From contig DATFMP010000054.1 of assembly GCA_035266845.1 (NCBI GenBank), positions 93,709 to 157,708 of the forward strand: a stretch of 64,000 nt of DNA. Direction: 5' to 3'. Positions 9,427 to 19,199 of this stretch are shown here, one piece after another (within the stretch, counting starts at the first letter, position 1; each line of letters starts with the position of its first letter). Origin of the DNA: a bacterium. GTDB lineage: Bacteria; SAR324; JACQKK01. The position numbers and the translations under genes were made by a program. The notes beneath the pieces are model-generated. The model saw only the letters and a program-made list of their open reading frames with translations, was not told the origin of the DNA and ran no database searches.

Positions 9427-9951
9427 TCAGTCCTTATCCAGCAGTCCCTTGAGTTGGGCAAAGGGATGTTCCTTGCCGCCCGCTTCCTCTTCGGGAAAGA
9501 GCTCATCCGTGCGCCTGCCGCAGATCACACAGCGTCCTTGCTCGTCCTCCTCCGCCACCGGCTCGGGAATCAGCAGCAGCAGCTCGTCTTCCAGGATGTG
9601 GCCGAGGTCAAGCTCCTCGTTCTCGTAGAAGCTCACTTCCAGATCGCCCACACCCAGGTGCACATCCTCCGGGGCATCGTCGTAGCTGCGTTCGGGCACT
9701 AGCGCCACGCGCACGGCCTCGTCCAGCTCCAGCGGCACCGGCTCCAGACAGCGCTGGCAGGGCGGATGAAGGGTCGTCCGGATGCGGCCCGTGATCTCCA
9801 CGTTGCCGTCCCGGTTCTTCACCCGCACGGCGGCCTGCACCTCCCCGCTCTGCTCGCCGAGGGCCTCGCTCAGCCGCGCCATGGCGGCCAGCTTCAGGTG
9901 AAGCGCTACCGGCAGGCCCTCTTCGGGAATCTGGGCCAGATGAATCTTCAT
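9427..9951 (-). CDS. yceD: YceD/DUF177 family protein (large ribosomal RNA subunit accumulation protein)
   Basis: Start at MKIHLAQ. C-terminal CxxC...CxxC. Conserved position upstream of rpmF. Confidence 0.75.
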   Translation of the reverse strand: MKIHLAQIPEEGLPVALHLKLAAMARLSEALGEQSGEVQAAVRVKNRDGNVEITGRIRTTLHPPCQRCLEPVPLELDEAVRVALVPERSYDDAPEDVHLGVGDLEVSFYENEELDLGHILEDELLLLIPEPVAEEDEQGRCVICGRRTDELFPEEEAGGKEHPFAQLKGLLDKD

Positions 9952-10231
9952 CGCTCCACCGCGGCTGGCTTCGCCGCCCCCGCGCACGATGCACGGCCGG
10001 ACGGATACGGCGCTGCCCACGAAAGACTCTAAGTTTAAAATCCGCGCGCGGCCATGTCAACGAGTGTGTGAATGACTGTGCCAGCGGTTTGCAGCGCCCG
10101 GTGCAACGATTCGCGCCGCCCCGCTTTCGCCCATGGCGCGTTCCCGTTATAAGGGAGGCGTACCGCCTGCCGGCCCGCGGCCGATCGCCGCCCGGCGACG
10201 CGATTCGTCCCCCGCACCTGGTTCGCCCGCC

Positions 10232-10633
10232 ATGTGGCAAACGCTGCTGTTTCCCAAGCCCAAGCGCGACTTCCCTTACCAACGGTGGGTGCGCATCAGC
10301 GTCCGCACGTGGCACCTGCTCAGCATGGGTATCCTGCTGGGTGGCACGGCCCACGGCCTGGCGTTGTCCGATCAGCCCCTTGGCCTGTGGATGACCTTCG
10401 GCAGCGGTCTCGTGTTCGTGGCTCTGGAGCTATACGGTTCCTGTGTGTGGCTGTTGCAGCTCAAGGGCTGGGCCGTAATCGCCAAGCTGCTGCTGCTGGG
10501 TGCAGCCGTCGCGTCCACCGGCACCAGCCTGCCCTATCTCATCGCCGCCGTGGTCATCGGCGGGATCAGCAGCCACATGCCCGGCAAGTACCGCTACTTC
10601 TCCCCCTTCCACGGCCGTGTCGTGAAGGAATGA
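10232..10633 (+). CDS. hypothetical small integral membrane protein
   Basis: Start at MWQTLLFP. 3-4 predicted TM helices. Confidence 0.45.
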   Translation: MWQTLLFPKPKRDFPYQRWVRISVRTWHLLSMGILLGGTAHGLALSDQPLGLWMTFGSGLVFVALELYGSCVWLLQLKGWAVIAKLLLLGAAVASTGTSLPYLIAAVVIGGISSHMPGKYRYFSPFHGRVVKE

Positions 10634-10666
10634 CGCCTGCGCCTTCGCTATGCGCCGGCGGGCACC

Positions 10667-11623
10667 TTACGCCCGCGCGGGCGTCAGAAGGGCGCCGATG
10701 GCCGCCGGGTTGCCGTTGCGGAAGGCGGCGAAGGGCATGTCGCCCTTGCCCTCCGGACGCACGACCTCCAGCCGCAGCCAGCCGGCACGGGCGCGCACGC
10801 GACCGTCCGCCAGCAGCGTGCCGGGCAGCGTGGCGGCCTGCGAGGCATCGGCAGGCGGGTCCGCAAGCGCCAGACGCACCAGCCCCAGCCGCCGCGTGCC
10901 CACGAAGGCGTGACATCCCGGCCAGGGCGTGTAGGCGCGGCACTTGCGCTCGATGGGCGCCGCATCCTCCGCGGCGAAGTCCACCGCACCCTGCTCCTTG
11001 CGGATGACACGGCAATGGGTGACGGCGGCGGGATCCTGCGGGCGGCGCGGCGGGTCGCCGGTCAGCAGCAGGGGCAGGCTGCGCACCAGCAAGGCGCCGG
11101 CCTCCACGGCCAGGCGCTCCGCCAGGCTCTGCGCGGTGTCGTCCGGGGCGATGGGCAGCGGTGGCGTCTCGGCAACCACGTCCCCGGCGTCCAGTTCAGC
11201 CACCATGCGCTGCAAACTGACGCCGGTGGTGGCGTCCCCGGCCAGGATGGCCGCCTGCACGGGGCTCGCCCCCCGCCAGCGCGGCAGCAACGAGAAGTGC
11301 AGATTGTAGCAGACCAGCGGTGGCAGGTTGAGCAGGTTTTCCGGGAGGATCTGCCCATAGGCGCAGACGATCGCCAATTCGGGCGCCCAGGCGCGCAGGG
11401 CCTCCAGCGCCTCTGGCTCGCGGATGCGCCGGGGTGTCAGCACGGGCAGACCCAGCGCCTCCGCCTCGGCCCGCACGGGGCAGGGCTGTAGCTTGCGCCC
11501 GCGCCCGGTGGGCTTGTCCGGCTGGGTCACCACACCCACTAGGCGCACGGCGGCATGATCCGCCAGCGCGCGCAGGCTGGGGAGGGCCGTGGCCGGGCTG
11601 CCCAGGAATACGGTGCGGGTCAT
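10667..11623 (-). CDS. fmt: methionyl-tRNA formyltransferase
   Basis: VVTQPDKPTGRGRK and HFSLLPRWRGASP (formyltransferase N/H/D motif region). No def adjacent. Confidence 0.88.
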   Translation of the reverse strand: MTRTVFLGSPATALPSLRALADHAAVRLVGVVTQPDKPTGRGRKLQPCPVRAEAEALGLPVLTPRRIREPEALEALRAWAPELAIVCAYGQILPENLLNLPPLVCYNLHFSLLPRWRGASPVQAAILAGDATTGVSLQRMVAELDAGDVVAETPPLPIAPDDTAQSLAERLAVEAGALLVRSLPLLLTGDPPRRPQDPAAVTHCRVIRKEQGAVDFAAEDAAPIERKCRAYTPWPGCHAFVGTRRLGLVRLALADPPADASQAATLPGTLLADGRVRARAGWLRLEVVRPEGKGDMPFAAFRNGNPAAIGALLTPARA

Positions 11624-11651
11624 GCGGCCTCGCGGGATGGAATCCAGCGCC

Positions 11652-12653
11652 TCAAGGCACAGAGGGCGTGAAGTTGAAGCGCTTCGCCGTCACGGGGTGG
11701 AAGGGCAGCAGCTTGCCGAATACGGCGTTCATGCTGCTGTTCACCTGGGCAAAAAGGGGATCGAAGAGGGCCATGGCATTGCCGCTGCCGTACACCGTAT
11801 CCAGCACCTTTAGCACCGTCGGCACCGGCAGATCACGCCGCCCCACCAGGATCTGGTACACGGCCGGCAATTCCAGGTTGCGCGTCTGGTTGGGATAGGA
11901 GCCGCGCGGCAGCTTGCCCGTGGTCAGCCACGGATCGGCCAGCTTCAGCTCATCCATGATCTTGCCGTCGATGGGCAGCAACTGTAGGCGGGGATCCCGG
12001 TTCATGGCGGCCGTCAGCTCCCGCAGGGGCGTGGGCGAGGTGAACAGCAGAATCGGTCCGTTGGCATAGTCCAGTGAATCCACCAGGATGTCGTCCGGCA
12101 CGCGCTGCAGTAGGGCCGTCTGCGCCGCGTCGTCATGGGTCAGCTCGCCCAGGGCTTGGTACGCAAACTCTGCGTTGTGCAGCGTCCACGTTTCCGCGGA
12201 TAGAGGCAGCTTCAGCTCCTGCACGGCTGGGTTGCGGGTCACCGCCTGCAGCAGGTTGGGCCAGAGCACGGCGATGGCCGTCAGGCGCGGGTACTCGCTG
12301 AGGTGCGCGGCCGCCGTGGCCGCGTCCACCACGGTGAGGTCGCCACGCCCTCGATTCACCGCCCGCAGGCGCGCCTGGGCGCCGTCCATCGCGCGCACGG
12401 CCAACAGGTCGTCCGCGGGGTCGTAGCGGTTGCGCCATAGCTGCGCCAGATCGGTCAGGAAGCGCCACGAGCCGTCGCCCGCCTCGGCGGCCAGGGCCGT
12501 GCGCACGGGCGCGGCCAGGGCGCGCGGTGCCGCCGCTGTCATGAGCGGCGCTGCCAGCAACAGTGCAGCCAGCAGCACGGTGAGTGGATAGCGCAGGGCG
12601 AAGCGGCTGAGGGAATGGGCGTGGCGCTGTGCGATCACGGCGATCCTGTGCAA
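11652..12653 (-). CDS. exported periplasmic-binding-like protein (possibly TAXI/TRAP-type solute-binding family)
   Basis: Signal peptide, 333 aa, protein-like composition. Family assignment is tentative. Confidence 0.45.
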   Translation of the reverse strand: MHRIAVIAQRHAHSLSRFALRYPLTVLLAALLLAAPLMTAAAPRALAAPVRTALAAEAGDGSWRFLTDLAQLWRNRYDPADDLLAVRAMDGAQARLRAVNRGRGDLTVVDAATAAAHLSEYPRLTAIAVLWPNLLQAVTRNPAVQELKLPLSAETWTLHNAEFAYQALGELTHDDAAQTALLQRVPDDILVDSLDYANGPILLFTSPTPLRELTAAMNRDPRLQLLPIDGKIMDELKLADPWLTTGKLPRGSYPNQTRNLELPAVYQILVGRRDLPVPTVLKVLDTVYGSGNAMALFDPLFAQVNSSMNAVFGKLLPFHPVTAKRFNFTPSVP

Positions 12654-12933
12654 AAGGGCGGGCCGGGCGGCATGGGGTCGCAGCCCGACGGGCTTGCCTC
12701 ACGCTAACCCATTCGCGGCCCAGCGGGAAGTACCGGCACCCCTCGGAACCACTTGGCCTCCCCCCCGACCCGGCGACCGACACAGCCGGCCGTGGAAGCA
12801 CGCGGCGGCGGTCAGGGCACCGGCGGCCAGATTCATCGTTAAATAAGGCGATTGATGCGCGTGGCCTCAGCCAGCGGTAGGCCGCTTCCAAGTCTAGCCT
12901 TGCTCCGAACGCCATCCCTAAACCAGGGCCCCC

Positions 12934-13290
12934 ATGAAGACGCTGCAACTGCAAAGTGCGCACACGATCCTCAAGCTGACCGATAGGCTGCCTCCGCGGC
13001 AGACGCTGACCGAGCAGGTGCGGCCATTCGTCGAGCGGTCGCCAAACCTGATCCTGGACGTGGAAGGCATCCTGTTCACCTCCATGCTCATCGGCGAGCT
13101 GATCAACGTCTATCGGGGCTTCGACGAGCGCTGGAAGGGCCAGGAACACCACATCTCTTTGGTGAACCTGACGGAGGTGAGCCGCAGCGTGTTCGAGCGC
13201 GTGCGCCTGATCGAGTACTTTCCCGTCTACGATTCCATCGCGGAGGCTATGGTGGACGGCACTCCGCCAGCGGCGGCCGTGCAGGGCTGA
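12934..13290 (+). CDS. STAS-domain protein (anti-sigma-factor antagonist-like)
   Basis: 118 aa. ...LDVEGILFTSMLIGELINVY...ISLVNLTEVSRSVFE is a SpoIIAA-like STAS fold pattern. Confidence 0.55.
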   Translation: MKTLQLQSAHTILKLTDRLPPRQTLTEQVRPFVERSPNLILDVEGILFTSMLIGELINVYRGFDERWKGQEHHISLVNLTEVSRSVFERVRLIEYFPVYDSIAEAMVDGTPPAAAVQG

Positions 13291-13424
13291 CCCAACGCCG
13301 CACCAACACGCCTATCCCCGTGGCCAGGGTCCACGCGGCGGGCGCGGATGCTGGCCAAGCTGCGCGCGATCTGCGAGGCTCGCCTTGGCGGGCCGATCCC
13401 GGTCCGCCGCAGCCTCTGCGGACC

Positions 13425-14318
13425 ATGAACCAAGCTTTCCGATCCGGATTCGTGTGCCTGGTGGGTCGCCCCAATGTGGGCAAGTCCACCCTGCTCAACC
13501 GCCTCGTGGGGCGAGAGATCGCCATCACCGCGCCCAAGCCGCAGACCACGCGGAACCGCATCATGGGCGTGCGGCACGGCGAGGGCTTTCAGGTGGTGTA
13601 CGTGGACACACCGGGCATCCACGCCTCTCCGCTGCCGCTGAACCAGCGCATGGTGTCGTATGCCACCGCCAGCCTGCAGGAGGCGGATCTGGTGCTCGTG
13701 CTGACCGAGCCCGGCCCACCCACGGGCGAGGAGGACCGGCTGGTGCTGGAGCACGTGCGGCACGCGGGTCGGCCCGCCCTGCTGGTGTTGAACAAGATCG
13801 ACACGGCGAGCGAGGGGGACGTGCTGGCGGCGCTACAGGCCTGGGCAGCGCTGGACCTCTTCGCCGAGATCGTGCCCATCTCCGCCCTGACGGGGCGCAA
13901 CGTGCAGCGCCTGGAACGGCTGGTGGTGGAGCGTCTGCCGGAGGGGCCACCCTACTTCGAGCCAGAGCAGATCACGGACCAGTCCGAGCCGGCGCTGATC
14001 GGCGAGCTGGTGCGGCGAGAGGTGATCCAGCGCACGCACCAGGAGCTGCCTTACCGGACGGCGGTGCGGGTGGAGCACATGGAGGAGCAGGCCCGCCGCG
14101 TACTCATCGTCGCCAGCATCTTCGTGGAGCGCGACAGCCAGAAGGGCATCGTCATCGGCAAGGGCGGGCGCATGCTCAAATCCATCGGCATCGCCGCGCG
14201 CAAGCAGATCGAGCGCCTGTTGGGCGTGACGGTGCACCTGGACCTGCAGGTGCGGGTGCTGGAGCGCTGGAGCGAGAGTCCGCGCCATCTGGAGTCGCTG
14301 GGCTATCCCAAGCCGTGA
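13425..14318 (+). CDS. era: GTPase Era
   Basis: GRPNVGKSTLLN (G1), DTPG (G3), NKID (G4), C-terminal KH domain (VIGKGG). Confidence 0.93.
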   Translation: MNQAFRSGFVCLVGRPNVGKSTLLNRLVGREIAITAPKPQTTRNRIMGVRHGEGFQVVYVDTPGIHASPLPLNQRMVSYATASLQEADLVLVLTEPGPPTGEEDRLVLEHVRHAGRPALLVLNKIDTASEGDVLAALQAWAALDLFAEIVPISALTGRNVQRLERLVVERLPEGPPYFEPEQITDQSEPALIGELVRREVIQRTHQELPYRTAVRVEHMEEQARRVLIVASIFVERDSQKGIVIGKGGRMLKSIGIAARKQIERLLGVTVHLDLQVRVLERWSESPRHLESLGYPKP

Positions 14319-14352
14319 GCGCCGGCGGCCGGCGTATCGAGACCCGGACGGC

Positions 14353-16251
14353 TCAGGTCTCCTCGTCCAGCAGGCGGATCAGGTCACGCAGACGCTGGGC
14401 CGGGGTGGCACGCACCATGTAGCGCCCCTGGGTCATGCCCTGAAAGGCGGAGCGGTAGAAGTCCAACTGGGCCTGCTGCGCGGCAAAGGCCGTGATGCGC
14501 GAGCGCAGTTCGCCCACGTCCTCGAACAGGTGCAGGGCGAAGCCGGGCGAGATGGCGCGCCGCACCTGATCCACCACGGGAAACTCCGCCCAGCTCAGCA
14601 TGTGCACCAGCGTATTGCCGCGGGCATCGAAGAGCAGGCGGCTCAGCGAGGCGCGGTCCATGCCGTAGACCAGATGCCGCAGGGGCAGCAGCGTGTCGAT
14701 CAGGTACTGGCAGCGGCTGAAGTAGTATTCCGTATACAGCGCCACCCACAGCGCCAGCCGGCCCTGCGGCAGCTTGTGGGCACGGTGCAGGCCGATCAGC
14801 GTGCGCGTGAGCTGCAGGTGCCGGCGCTGGGCCTCGCCCTCGGCCAGCTCGTAGCGCTCCGTGCGCTCGCGCAACATCACGGGCATGGCCTCCAGCCAGC
14901 GCTGGCGGAAGGGGCCGTCCAGCGCCTCGGCCACAGAGGCCAGCACCGGCTCCGCCAGCCCCGCCTGGCCCATTACGCGGATGAGATCCTGCAGTTCGCG
15001 GTCGGAGAGAAAGCCCGCCATGCGGGCCCAGGGCACCCGGCCCTGGGCCCAGCCCGTGGCGCGAAAGATGGCCTGCCGATTGGGCAGGCCCTGAGCCGGC
15101 AGCGCCATGCCCTTGGCCGTGATGCGCATCAGCCAGTGCCACGTGTGGGGCGGGATGGCCAGCACCCACTCCAGGTAGCCCTCGTCCATGCGCGCCGTCT
15201 GCCGCGCGATCAGCCCACCGCCCTCCAGGCGCTTGGTGACGGCATCGATGGCGTCGCTGGGAATCTTGCGCGCGGCCAGCAGGCGCCAGCGCATGGGGGT
15301 CTCCGCGAAAGCCTCCCACAGCTTGGCCGAATCGGCGAAGAGGGCGCGGAACATATCGCCCAGGAAGCGCTCCTGCCCGGAGCGGCTGAGCCGGATCAGT
15401 TGTCCGGCCGCTGCGGCCGGCAGCACCACGAACAGCTCCAGCGCCTTCTCGTCACCCAGTTGCAGGCGCGCCACCGTGGGCGGCCCGTCCTTGCCCACCA
15501 GTGCGGCCATGGCCTCGGCATCCACGACCTGGCACTGCAGGCCCGCGGGGCGCTGGAAGAGGCGGTTGCCGATCTCGCCATCGTTGCGCCCGAAGAACGT
15601 CTGCAGCCATCCGGCCAGCATAAGCTCCGAGATCTGCGCGCCCTGCTCCAGCCCCGGGGGCGGCGGGGGCGGCTCCCACTGCGGGCGGCACAGATAGGCC
15701 CCCTCGTTGATGGAGAACAGCGCGCGCTGCGTGGCCTTCTGGGTGGCCCGCTCCTCGATCAGGTCGCGACCCGCCGCCGTCACCAGCAGGCGCAGCACAA
15801 AGCCGTTGCCGCGGGGCACGGTAAACACGCCCGTGGCCATCGTGTAGCTCACCTCGCCACCCAGGTGGTGCGCGGTGAACCCCGTCACGTTGCGGGAGAC
15901 CTGCAAGCCGGTCAAGCGGTTGCGGCGCTTGCCGATGAAGTTGAAGGGCTCGGCCGCCGTGCTGACGACCTGCTCCAGCAGCTTGTGGAACGGCATGCGC
16001 TCGCCCGCCAAGCGCGTCAGCCCCGCCACGTCGTGCTCGGTCAGCGCGAAGACGAACGGCACCTCGGCCTTGGCCGCCAATTGCGGCAGAAGCACGGTCT
16101 CCACATCGCTCCAGCGCAGCTTGAGCGTGTTGGTGGTGGAGAGCTCCACCCGCTCCAGTGTCACCGCGCTGCCCGTCAGGCTCGTGAGCGACGTGCCCAC
16201 GGCCATCATCACCGACTGCGCGAAGAAGCCGAAGTAGGTCTCGATGTTCAT
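14353..16251 (-). CDS. large hypothetical protein (~630 aa), two-domain with a PPPPPPG linker
   Basis: Start taken at MNIETYF (alternative upstream start at 16308). The opposite-strand 624-aa ORF is R/Q/H/A-rich (shadow). No family recognised. Confidence 0.55.
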   Translation of the reverse strand: MNIETYFGFFAQSVMMAVGTSLTSLTGSAVTLERVELSTTNTLKLRWSDVETVLLPQLAAKAEVPFVFALTEHDVAGLTRLAGERMPFHKLLEQVVSTAAEPFNFIGKRRNRLTGLQVSRNVTGFTAHHLGGEVSYTMATGVFTVPRGNGFVLRLLVTAAGRDLIEERATQKATQRALFSINEGAYLCRPQWEPPPPPPGLEQGAQISELMLAGWLQTFFGRNDGEIGNRLFQRPAGLQCQVVDAEAMAALVGKDGPPTVARLQLGDEKALELFVVLPAAAAGQLIRLSRSGQERFLGDMFRALFADSAKLWEAFAETPMRWRLLAARKIPSDAIDAVTKRLEGGGLIARQTARMDEGYLEWVLAIPPHTWHWLMRITAKGMALPAQGLPNRQAIFRATGWAQGRVPWARMAGFLSDRELQDLIRVMGQAGLAEPVLASVAEALDGPFRQRWLEAMPVMLRERTERYELAEGEAQRRHLQLTRTLIGLHRAHKLPQGRLALWVALYTEYYFSRCQYLIDTLLPLRHLVYGMDRASLSRLLFDARGNTLVHMLSWAEFPVVDQVRRAISPGFALHLFEDVGELRSRITAFAAQQAQLDFYRSAFQGMTQGRYMVRATPAQRLRDLIRLLDEET

Positions 16252-16406
16252 CCGCCGCGCCGCGGCGGGGGACGAACGAAGGCGGGTAGGCGGGGCGAGC
16301 GTGCTCACGGATCAGGTATATCACGCCCTCTCCGTGCGACGAAGCCGCGGACTCGCCATGTCGGCATGGCGGGCCCGTGGGACACGGCTCTAACGGTGCG
16401 CTGACC

Positions 16407-17402
16407 TTATGCGGGCTTGCGTTCCTTGCCCTTCACGTCCGGATTGGCGTAGTGCACCAGCGGCTGGCCGTTCAGGCCGGCGAGCAGGTTGCGCACGGCC
16501 AGGTCGGTCATCATGCGACGGGTCTCCCAGGTGCCCGTGGCCACGTGGGGGGCGATGAGCAGGTTGTCGCAGGTCAGCAGGGGATCGTCCGCCCCGATGG
16601 GCTCGGGCTCGGTCACGTCCAGCGCGGCCCCCCGGATGCGCTTGGCGGAAAGCGCGCGGTACAGCGCATGGGGATCCACCACGCCCCCGCGGGCGACGTT
16701 GATCACGATGGCCGATTCCTTCATCTGGGCAAAGGCGGCGTCGTTCACCATGTGGTGGGTGGCGTCGGTAAGCGGCACGATGGTGACGATGATGTCCGAC
16801 TCGCGCAACAGCTCCTCATAGCTCACGTGGCGGCAGCCGTACTTCTCCTCGGCCTCCGGGCGGCGGTTGCGGGTGTGGTAGAGCAGCTTCATCTCGAAGC
16901 CCACGGCGCGGCGCGCAATGGCCTGCCCGATACGCCCCATGCCCACGATGCCCAGCGTCTTGCCGTACACGTCGTTGGAGATCATCAGGTAGGGCGACCA
17001 CGTCATCCACTGCTTGGCCTTCACGAAGGCGTCGGCCTCCTTGATGCGGCGGCTGAGCGATAGCATCAGCGCGAACGCCATGTCCGCCGTGGCCTCGGTG
17101 ACCACGCCGGGGGTATTGCCGGCGGGGATGCCCAGTGCCGTGCAGGTCGGCAGGTCGATGTTGTCCACGCCCACCGCGTAGTTGCTCACCACGCGCAGGC
17201 GCGGCGCGGCCTCCAGCAGGGCCTTGTCCACCGGGTCGAAGCTCGTCACGAACAGCCCGTCCGCCTCGGCCGCCTTCTCGCGCAGCAACTCGGGCGGCAC
17301 GATGCGGTCCTCCTCCCAGGCCCACACGTCGCACTGCTTCCAGATATCGGACTCCTCCAGGCCCGGGGTCATGCGCGCCACGACGACTTTCGGCTTGGCC
17401 AT
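16407..17402 (-). CDS. D-isomer-specific 2-hydroxyacid dehydrogenase (glyoxylate/hydroxypyruvate reductase-like)
   Basis: Start at MAKPKVVVAR with GGAG RBS. GIVGMGRIGQAIARR NAD-binding motif. Catalytic R/E/H region present. Confidence 0.85.
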   Translation of the reverse strand: MAKPKVVVARMTPGLEESDIWKQCDVWAWEEDRIVPPELLREKAAEADGLFVTSFDPVDKALLEAAPRLRVVSNYAVGVDNIDLPTCTALGIPAGNTPGVVTEATADMAFALMLSLSRRIKEADAFVKAKQWMTWSPYLMISNDVYGKTLGIVGMGRIGQAIARRAVGFEMKLLYHTRNRRPEAEEKYGCRHVSYEELLRESDIIVTIVPLTDATHHMVNDAAFAQMKESAIVINVARGGVVDPHALYRALSAKRIRGAALDVTEPEPIGADDPLLTCDNLLIAPHVATGTWETRRMMTDLAVRNLLAGLNGQPLVHYANPDVKGKERKPA

Positions 17403-17546
17403 GCTCACTCCTCTGCTGGCAGGGTGGGAAATCGCGACCCGCGGGCCGGCACCGTCGGCCCACTCATAGTCGAACGCCGCGCCGCTGGCAATGGCGGGCC
17501 GGGCCACAGCGGACCAGCCCGCGCCGGCAGCGGCGCTGCGAAGCCC

Positions 17547-18083
17547 TCAGGTCTGACCCTTGGGCGGCGACCCGCCGGCCGGTGGCGTCGGTGCCGGCAG
17601 GCCGTGCTGGATAGGTTGCAGCAACCCCTCGGCCGCGAAGATCGGGATGTGGTTGCGCACCGCGATGGCGATGGCGTCGCTGGGCCGCACGTCGATGTCC
17701 AGCACCTCCCCGCTCGCGTTGACTTGCACCGAAAGGAGAGCGTAGTAAGTGCTATCTTTCAGCCGGGTGATGGTGACGCGGGTGAACCGCGCGCCCAGGC
17801 GCCGCACCAGGATGCCGATCAGGTCGTGCGTGAGCGGGCGCTCCAGTTGCGGGCCGTCCATGCCGGTGCGGATCGCCGTGGCCATGAGGAAGTCCACGAA
17901 CATCAGCAGGTAGCGCTGGCCGGGCCGGTCCAGCAGAAGCACCGCCGGCACGTCGTCCACCAACAGCACGTCCTTCACCTGCAGTGGGACCATTCCGGGC
18001 GGGGCGTCTTGCGCGGCATCCTTCGCGGGCGCTGTGCCGCCCATCACCAGCAGGCACAGCAAGGCCATGATCGCGGTGCGCAT
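17547..18083 (-). CDS. bifunctional nuclease (BFN/DUF151) domain protein, exported
   Basis: Start at MRTAIMALL (signal peptide). YYALLSV...IDVRPSDAIAIAVRNHIPIF is the DUF151 core. Confidence 0.65.
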   Translation of the reverse strand: MRTAIMALLCLLVMGGTAPAKDAAQDAPPGMVPLQVKDVLLVDDVPAVLLLDRPGQRYLLMFVDFLMATAIRTGMDGPQLERPLTHDLIGILVRRLGARFTRVTITRLKDSTYYALLSVQVNASGEVLDIDVRPSDAIAIAVRNHIPIFAAEGLLQPIQHGLPAPTPPAGGSPPKGQT

Positions 18084-18149
18084 TGCCACACCTCCCTTGC
18101 GGATGGTCTGCTGCTTCCGTTGTAGCGCCGCACCCCGGCCAAGGCAAAA

Positions 18150-19088
18150 GTGGCCGGCGGCGCGGGACACGGAACGCGGAGCCGCGCCGTGAGGGTGGTC
18201 GCCCGCGGACCGGCGGACGAGGCGCGGGAGCAGGCGCTGGGCATCGGTCTGGTGCTGCTGGCCGCCCTGCTCTGGAGCAGCAGCGGGCTGTTCATCAAGC
18301 TGCTGCACGTGAACCCGCTGGCGCTCACGGGTCTGCGCTCGGGTCTGGCCACGCTGTCGCTGCTGCCCTTCGTGCGCTACCGGGCGCTGCGGCTGGACGG
18401 CACCATGCTCGTGCTGATGGTGGCGTTCTCCCTCACGCAGGCGTTCTTCGTGACGGCAACGCGCTGGACCACCGCTGCCAACGCCATCGCGCTGCAAGCC
18501 ACGGCGCCGGCGTGGGTGTTCCTGCTGGGCTGGCTGGCCACGCGCCGGGTGCAGGCGCCCCTGCTGCTGCCGATGGCGCTGATCGTCGGGGGCATCGCCG
18601 CCATGCTGGCCGAGCCGGCGCACGGCACCTCGTTGCAGGGAAATCTGCTGGGGCTCGCCTCCGGGCTCACATTCGCGGTGTCGCTGATTTGCTTCAAGCG
18701 GGTCAACCAGCCCGCCGTCGGCACGGTGGCCCTGGCCAACCTGGCCTCCGCGCTGGGCATGGTGGCGCTGTTCCCCGGGGCCTTCCGGCTGGGCGGCATC
18801 GCGGGCTGGGAGTGGGGCGTGCTCGTGTACCTGGGCGCGATCCAGATCGGCTTGGCGCTGTTGTGCTTCACGGCGGGTGTACGCCGCATCACGGTGAGCC
18901 AGGCCTCCGTGCTCACGCTGCTGGAGCCGCTGCTCAATCCCGTGTGGGTGTTCCTGGTGATCGGCGAGTTGCCCTCGGCCTATGGCTTCACGGGCTACGC
19001 GCTGATCCTGGCCGGGATCGTGGCGGACTTCTGGCTGCGGCTCTCGCTGCCATCGCTACAGCGGGTACCCGGTGCCGGAAGCGCCTGA
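18150..19088 (+). CDS. EamA/DMT-family transporter
   Basis: 10 TM. Two EamA-like repeats (ALLWSSSGLFIK...). Exact start uncertain. Confidence 0.75.
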   Translation: MAGGAGHGTRSRAVRVVARGPADEAREQALGIGLVLLAALLWSSSGLFIKLLHVNPLALTGLRSGLATLSLLPFVRYRALRLDGTMLVLMVAFSLTQAFFVTATRWTTAANAIALQATAPAWVFLLGWLATRRVQAPLLLPMALIVGGIAAMLAEPAHGTSLQGNLLGLASGLTFAVSLICFKRVNQPAVGTVALANLASALGMVALFPGAFRLGGIAGWEWGVLVYLGAIQIGLALLCFTAGVRRITVSQASVLTLLEPLLNPVWVFLVIGELPSAYGFTGYALILAGIVADFWLRLSLPSLQRVPGAGSA

Positions 19089-19199
19089 ATGGGGCGGATT
19101 TGCGCACACCCCGGTCGTGGGTTAGGTTGATTCCAGTTTGAAGCATTCACCCATTCCGCCACAGCGCAACTGACGTGCCCCGCAATTGGGAGGTAATTC

